Assembly (NCBI RefSeq): GCF_009914755.1
Contig: NC_060932.1
DNA: 64,000 bases
DNA from: the human T2T-CHM13v2.0 reference genome, Homo sapiens
Direction: 5' to 3' (one strand)
The position numbers and the translations under genes are program-made. Positions 57,018 to 64,000 of this stretch are shown in pieces (position 1 is the stretch's first letter; each line of letters starts with the position of its first letter). Below the pieces are notes generated by a model, which was given only the letters and a program-made list of their open reading frames with translations, made no database searches and was not told the origin of the DNA.

Positions 57018-60000
57018 TCCTGCATGTACACATGAATGCCTGCGTACATGTAGACACACAGACACGCAGGCATGCATAACATGTGCCTACACACAGATCC
57101 ACACACACTCACTTAATTCTCGCAACCTTGCCTTAAGGCAGAGGGTGTCCGCAATCTCCCCTTGACAGAGGAGGAAACTGAGGCTTAGGAAAGACACGTA
57201 ACTTGCTGAGGGGCTAGTGTGATACAGGGGCCTGGCGCCTGGGCCATCCTGTTACCTGGGCTGTATTCTGGAGGGCCTGCTCTGGGTTGGGCTGTGGCAG
57301 CCTCTCTGTGATCTCCCGAGTTAGGGTTCTGGGAGCTCCCCAAAACCCTTCCATAGCTTTGTTCTGGAGAGGATGGTTGAGGTGGGGGATTCAGACTCCT
57401 GGACCTCAACCCTGCACCCCCACCAGGCCACTAAGAGGGGCACCCGTGGGGGTGAGTGGAGGACCCTGACCCCAGGCCACTGGTACCGCCTGGATGCCTG
57501 CAGTACACAGGGGATCCGATGTCCTTCAGCCCCCAGGCTGGCCCCGATGTGAAGTCTGATGGGTGTTGGGCCCCCGTGCTGCCCCCTTCCCCCACAGGTA
57601 GCTCATTTGCTGAGTTTCCAAGCAGAATAGTTTGTAAAATGTGCAATGCATTTGGGAGGGGATGAGCCTCTCATGGACAGTAGGGCAGGTACCAGGAGAG
57701 TGGTGGCCCCAGCCCTCCCAGTCCCCTGGGAGCCCCACCCAGGCACACCAGGTTCAGATGGTCAGTGCCTGTTCCCCCAGGAACTCTTGGTGGCTGAAGA
57801 TGCCTGTGGACTCCCATTATGTAAAACACCGAGGATTCCCAAAACCCAGTGATGCTATAATGTCATTGAAATAGTGAGCACATAGATGATGTGGCATTTC
57901 CCGACTGGCCCTTGGGGTCAAGTGGTAGTCCGAAGGGCAGCTCTCACCGGGTGGTCAGACAGCACGCTGGACACCCAGGGGCCCCTCGATGCTGTGACAC
58001 GCCAGGGAGGCACCCGGGTCCCTGATGTTCCAGTGCAGGACAAGTGACAGCCCACCTGGCCCACTCCTCCCCCCAGGTTCATGCCCCAGCCCCACTCCAT
58101 CTCAGCAGAGTGTCCCGAGGCCTCCCTGGGTTGTGGTGCCGGGCGAGTTCCCCTCTCTGTCCAGGACTCCCACGCTGGTGCCCTGGGAAGCTGGGGGGCT
58201 GTAGGAGAAGGACAGACTCAGAGCCTGGGGCTGGCTTATAAACACAAGAGCTTTTCCCACGTCAGCCCTTGGCGTCAACTTGTGAGGGCGTCCCCATGCA
58301 GGCGTGATAGGCAGAGGCTGTGCTGAGGGCCGGGGCAGCAGAGGAGGTGGGCAGGGCCCAGAGGCACTGGGTGGGTGCCTCGCACACCAGGGCTAGGGAA
58401 CCATTTGTTCTAAGCTCTGGATTACAGATGGGGAAACTGAGGCCCAGAGAGGGGCAGGGACATGGCTGAGGTCTCGGGGGACCCCTGAGCAGCCAGGCCT
58501 CCGCTGCCTCCCTTGGGCGGGTGTGAGGGGCACCTGCGGTTTGGTGTTAGGCTCCCACCTACAGGGGCAAAGCCCAGGCTCAGAGGTGACCTGGAATCAG
58601 CGAATCAGGGGCCGAGCTGGACTAGGCAGGAGGGTGTGTGGTTGCAGCAGGTGAGCTCATCTGTAAAACGGGGGTGCGACACCCCTGGCCCTGCCAGCCT
58701 GTCCAGGTCTGCGCGGCACTTGGCGCTCCCAGCACCACACCCTCCAGGAGAGGCCCAGCTGGGAGTCATCTGGAAGAAGTCCCTCCTGGCCCAGGTGGGC
58801 AAAGAGAGGACCAGGAGGGAATGACGTCGAGCACCTCTTCCTCATTGGAGCCCTCCTGGGTGACCCCGTCCTGTGCCCAACACGTGACTGTTCTCCCTGG
58901 GGCTGGCCACGTGGGGGTAGGATCTGAGCACCCCTGCAGCTGAGCCACGAGAGCACAGGACTCCCCAGGGCTCTGCAGGGGGCCTGGCCTCAGCTCCAGC
59001 TGAGTTCTGGAGAGGTGCTGCAGGGGAGAGTTAGGTAGACACACCTGGAGGCCCAGAACTAGCCGAGGGATGGTGAAGGGGTCATCCGTGCTGAGTCCTT
59101 GAGGGCTCAGTGAGGCCGAGGAAAGGTGGGGCAGGGTCCAGTCTGGAGGGTGAGGCTGGGCCTTGTGGCCTGTCCTGGGGTGGGGGTGGGGAGGAATCAG
59201 CTTCAAGAGGCGGCCCCAGGAAGAGTAGGGGCAGAGGAGGGGGTGGGACTTGACAAGCGGAAGGCCCTGGCTGGGGCTGGGCACAGGCTGCTGGGCCAGT
59301 GGGGCGGGGGCCAGGAGTCATGGAGCAGGTGGTCCGAGGAGATGGGGTGAGGGACCATCCAGGGGGAGGGAATGGCAGGGGACAGGACTGGGAGCAGGAG
59401 AGTGTGGTCTCATGGGCGGAGCCACTTCCCCAGGCCTGTCCTGGCCCTCCAGCCGCAGCCCCTCCCCTCGGCCCCTCTATCTCCTCCCACCTTTCCTACT
59501 CACCCCTCCACTCCCTCCTGCACCTGGGCCCGCCCCTCCACAGCCAGAGACGTTCTGCAGACGCTGAGCTTGACTGCCCCCTCTCCCTGGCCCACAGCTT
59601 TCTGGTGGGGGGTCAGGATGTAGGGGGTGGCCTTGACCCTGGAGTCAGGCAGGGCTGGGAGGGGAATTCCAGCTCCTTTTTGAGGTGGCGCCTGGGAACG
59701 CTGGGTTGGTCCCATGATGTCTCTAAGCCTCAGTTTTCTCCTCTGTGAATTGGGTGCACAGACCCCTTCGGGTGGGGGCCCAGCTCTGGAGGGTGGGCGG
59801 ATGTGGCCACGTGGGTCCCCTCTCATCCCGTGAGGGGTGGGGAGCACAGAGCGCTGGGCTGCAGAGGCCCTGAAGGAGAGAGGAGGGGCTGTGTGTGAAG
59901 AGGCAGGGAGGCTGGAGTCAGAACTGCTAAGCCAGGTGGCAAGCAGGGTGTGCGGGTGTGGAGATAGGGGGTGTCCAGCTCCAATAGGGCACACGGTGGG

Positions 60001-61741
60001 GGTCTCCAGCGCAGATAGTGCACCCCCACCCCGCTCCATGCCTTCAGGCCTCCAGGAAGCTGGGGCAGGCACCCAGGCGACATTTCCTGCTATTAATGGA
60101 GCTTTAATCTAAACAGGCCCTAATATTTACATCCAGACGCCTCCGGCTGCCGCGGGTGCCAGACTGTGGGAGTGATGAGCCCCCAGACAGCGCCTCCCCA
60201 CCCAGAGCTCTGCTGGGCCAGACCAGAGACCAAGAACTGGGCACCTGGGGGCCCTGGTTTGAGCCCCCTCCCTGACCACCCCCAAAGCCTAAGTTTCTCC
60301 TCTAGGAATGGAGGTGGTCATCTCACCCTCCCAGGTTCAGTGAAGGGGCCACTCAGTGGCACTTAGTAGGCCCACAGGGAGGCCAGTGCTCCCTCTCCCT
60401 GGTGTGTTGGACCAGCTGTCCCATCCCCTCCCTCTCCCTCTAGGCCATATCTCTGCTGATATGATAGGACTCAGTGGCTGTGGGTGGTCTGGCTGCCTCG
60501 CCCACCTCCACGTCCTTGCCCTGGGTAGGCAGGTTCGGGATCAGGGATGGAGCGCCTTGTTCTGCTGGTCCATGCCCCCCACCCAGCTGCTGTGCCCACA
60601 CCCTGCTGGCAAGTCAGCCACTTGTGCCCCCTCCATCCCCTGCCCATCAGAGCTGGGCAGGGCTCAAGGCCCCTAAATCTGCCTCCCAGCAGGGATGACA
60701 AAACCACAAAACCACTGCCGCTGCCTCCCTGTGGAGCCCTGCTGGTCCGCAGGACACAGAGTTGGGGCGTGCGTAGGGCTGCCACCCTGCTCCATACCCT
60801 CCGCCAGCTCCATGTCCCCCACCAGCCCAGGACCAGAGTCGTGGGCAAGAATAGAATAAACAGCTTTAATTCCAGACGAGGACATCTCGTGAAAAAGATT
60901 GTTTACGTCGGATATAAATACACACACCATTTCACGTCACTTGGGCGTTTTGAAAATCTGGAAAGGGAGATCATGGGGAGGGGGCGCAAAGATCTCACGC
61001 CCTGTCCCCGTGAGTGTGGAGAGGGGGCACGCACAGATCTCACCTCTGCCCCTGTGGGACCAAGGACAGTCTTGGTCTGACTTTTGAAGCTCCTGGGCCT
61101 CGGTGCCCACAGAGGAGGCTGAAGTGGGAAGGAGCCGGCCGTCAGGAGAAGGAAGCAAGCAGCCGGGGGAGCTGTGGGGCCCAGTCCAGGGCATTGGGGT
61201 GACCCCCTTCCCCAGCCCCCTGCCCTCCAGCTGTAAGGCTGAGGAGAGGAGAAAGAGGAGTGGGGTGTGGAGAAACTGAGGCTTGCCTATCAAGGGTTCT
61301 GCATCGGGGGCTGGCAGGCAGTTCTCAGAGGTCTGAGGGTGGGCCCCAAGCCTGTGTCCCTGGCCACAGAAGACAGGCGGCCTGTCCTCTCCAGCATGAG
61401 TGGTAGTGGACGCACTTGCCGCTTCGGACAGGATGTCCTTCCCCTCCCGGCCTCTTACAGTCTGAGAAGCCTCTGAGGCCCGAGGAACCCAAGTTGAATG
61501 ATTGGATTTCAGACGTGGGGACAAGGAGGGGACCTGGCTCACCTGCCTTAGAGACCCCTCCTCCTGAAGAAAAGGATTGTTCCAGAAAAATTGCAAGCCC
61601 TGCCTCTTCAAGCACAGCAATCCTCAAGTGTCAGCCATTCACTCTTTAGCGTGAATTAGAGTGACAACCAGGAATGGAGCCAGGCTGGGGGTCATTGATG
61701 GGGAGGCCAAAGGCCCGAGGGGCACGTAACACCGGTGGAGG

Positions 61742-61808
61742 AGGGGCAGGGAAGACTGGCGGGGAAGGGGCCGGGAAGACTGGTAGGGGAGGGGAGGGGC
61801 TGGGAAGC
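61742..61808 (+). repeat. G-rich ~24-bp degenerate repeat (potential G-quadruplex)
   Basis: GGGGCAGGGAAGACTGGCGGGGAAGGGGCCGGGAAGACTGGTAGGGGAGGGGAGGGGCTGGGAAG. Confidence 0.6.
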
Positions 61809-64000
61809 TGCATGGAAGGCCCTTCACTGGCCCCAGCGAGGCGGGCGCTTGGCCTTACCTTTGCCCAGGCCATTCCCCCTCATCTTAGCACTCCTTCCCG
61901 CTGGCCCCTGCCTCCTTGCAGCCCTGGGCTGGAGAGGTCTTCACAGTACAGTGCGGGACCAAGGGCAGAGGGGTGTCATACTCTAGGCCACGTGCAGAGC
62001 TTGCTTGAGGGGCGGGAGTGGGAGCCGGCAGGTAGTCTCTGGGGCTTGGGGCGCCCCCTAAGATGGAGCAAGAGGATCCACAGCTCCTGGAGGAATGGAG
62101 TCCAGAGTCCCTGGCCCTGGATGACTTGTGAGCGTGGGTGGAGGGGTCCCAGGTAAGCAAGGCCATTCAGGGACTGCTGGGCCGCATGAGCCTGGAAGAA
62201 GCTCATGGCTTGGGCTGGGCAGGACACCTGAGCCCTGACCCCTCACTCCTCAGCTCTAGGCATGTGACCACGTGGGTGCCAGCTCGCAGCCCTGGGAATG
62301 ATGGCTCGCTGGCTGTTGGTGCCTGCTTGCCTGAAAGTCGCCGTGAATGCTGCACCTGTGGTCAGCGGGGTTTTTCTGCATGCACAGCCCTGTCCCCCAG
62401 CCACGTCCTTTCCTGAACGCTGGGCCCCTCTGCCTTGTGGAACCCTGCATCCCTGGTAAGCCACGGCCCCTCTCTGAGCAGCACCCGAGAGCTGGGGGCT
62501 GGGGGAAGGTTCCAGAATTGTGCCTGGTGCCTGGTAAGTATCAAGAATGCTGGCGGCCATGGTGATACCCACTGCTTCTCGGGCATCCGGACCCAGGGAG
62601 GAAGTAACCCTGGCAGCACTCCCAGTTCCACCACCTTGCGGGGCACGCCTCTGACTCCTCTGGGCCGGTGCCCCCCACCCCAGCTGCTCCACATGGCCAC
62701 AGCTGGGGTTGGTGAGGACAATACTGGCCTTGGATGACTCAGGCACTCACTCTATGACCTTGGCAAGCCCCTTTCTCCCTCTGAGCCTCAGTTTCTTCAT
62801 TTGTAACATGGGGATATAAAGTCCAGGACCCTAAACTGGGGTCAGGAGACTCTGCCTCGAGCTGAATCGGGGAGCCCCGGCCTTTTCCTCCTCCTCCCCC
62901 TCCTGCTCCCAGCCACACAGGCCACGGTCACCCTGAGTGTGTAGGACTTCTCTGTAGCCAAAGGCCTGGCCTGAGGACCTGAGCCCATCTCGCCTGCTTC
63001 AGTGGCTATGGCCAGGTCTGATGGCAGGGCCTCAGAGCCGGAAGTGCCAGGGATGCCCCACACTCCTCTTCCTCACCACAGGCTCCCTTCCCCATTACCA
63101 GTCCTGAAAGGGCTGGGAGCTTGGACGCTCGGCAGAAGGCACGTGGGAGGAAATCCTGGAGTCCAGCTCTGAGGAGATGATCAGAGGCCCCAGCCAGAGA
63201 AAAGCTCCCTCCCTAGTGAAGGCATGGGGACTCATAGTGAGCTGGGCCAGAGCAGCTGGTCACGTCCTCTCTGCCCCCGGGGGGGAGGAAAATGGCTGTT
63301 TGCATGGGGAGATGGTGGCCACAACCCGGCATGCCTGGGTTCACTGCTGCGTGACTTTGTTCTTGGTTTTCTTATCCATAGGATGGGGCTGTGAACACTG
63401 CCTCTACCTGGGGCAGCAGGTGAGCCATTCTGAGGCCATTCCTAGAGTGGGGGCTTTGGGATGATCGTGCACTCTCTGTGGAAGGAGGTGCAAGGGCACT
63501 GGAGGAGGTGGGGCTGGTTTTCATTCTGACCCTGCCATTTCCCAGCTGTGGTCCCTGTGTGTGTCACTTGACCCCTCCAGCACCAAGAAATGGATGAAAA
63601 GTAGCGTCTCCTTTGTGGGTTGTTGTGGGTTCAAGTGTCAACCTAGATATCACAGTGCTTGCTCACAGCAGAGCGGCCTGTGGGTGTCTGCCGTTTTATC
63701 GTGCAATTCACGGAGGCCTCAGGTGGGGGGGTCTTGCAGAGACATGCACCCCCCCCCACCTCCATTAATGCAACACGAATGCTCCCTGGCCTTTTCTTTC
63801 TGTCCTTGTCCTTCCTCCTGTGTGTGTGTTGGAGGGAGCATTGTTGTTGTTAGCTCTCTCGGGAATTCAGGTTGTTTCTTAACTCTCTTGGGAATTCCCA
63901 GCACCTAAATAATCTTTGTCCTTTTTTCTTTTTTCTTTTTCATCTCATCCTTCTAATCAATGGAATCCACTGTGCCCTTTTTTCTGAGGAACTCCTTCTG

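Noticed and set aside
63615-63900. Possible LTR start near the window end
   Set aside because: Only a short MLT2-like resemblance (GTGTCAAC); I could not follow the consensus further.

Overview
Primate genomic DNA, most likely human, from a GC-rich region with many Alu, MIR and L2 copies. No protein-coding exon can be supported; the long ORFs trace to repeats, a CpG island or GC-rich composition. A CpG island (~15.2-16.5 kb) holds the promoter and a non-coding first exon (~15757-15567, donor ACAG|GTGAGT) of a minus-strand gene that I cannot name. Positions 1-15566 are therefore probably its first intron, and ~16.5-64 kb is upstream intergenic DNA. That upstream DNA carries solo LTRs (MLT1, MST, MER4), DNA transposon relics (MER58B, MER33, Tigger3), a CTCF site and many tandem repeats. 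The most notable unexplained structure is two minisatellites about 15 kb apart (24-bp and 56-bp units). They share a GTGACCAGGG(T/C)CAGGGCTCA core in the same orientation and are dense in nuclear-receptor half-sites and TCAGGG telomere-variant-like hexamers. Repeat family calls come from recalled consensus sequences, and their boundaries are approximate. Nothing here demonstrates a new biological system; the findings are hypotheses.
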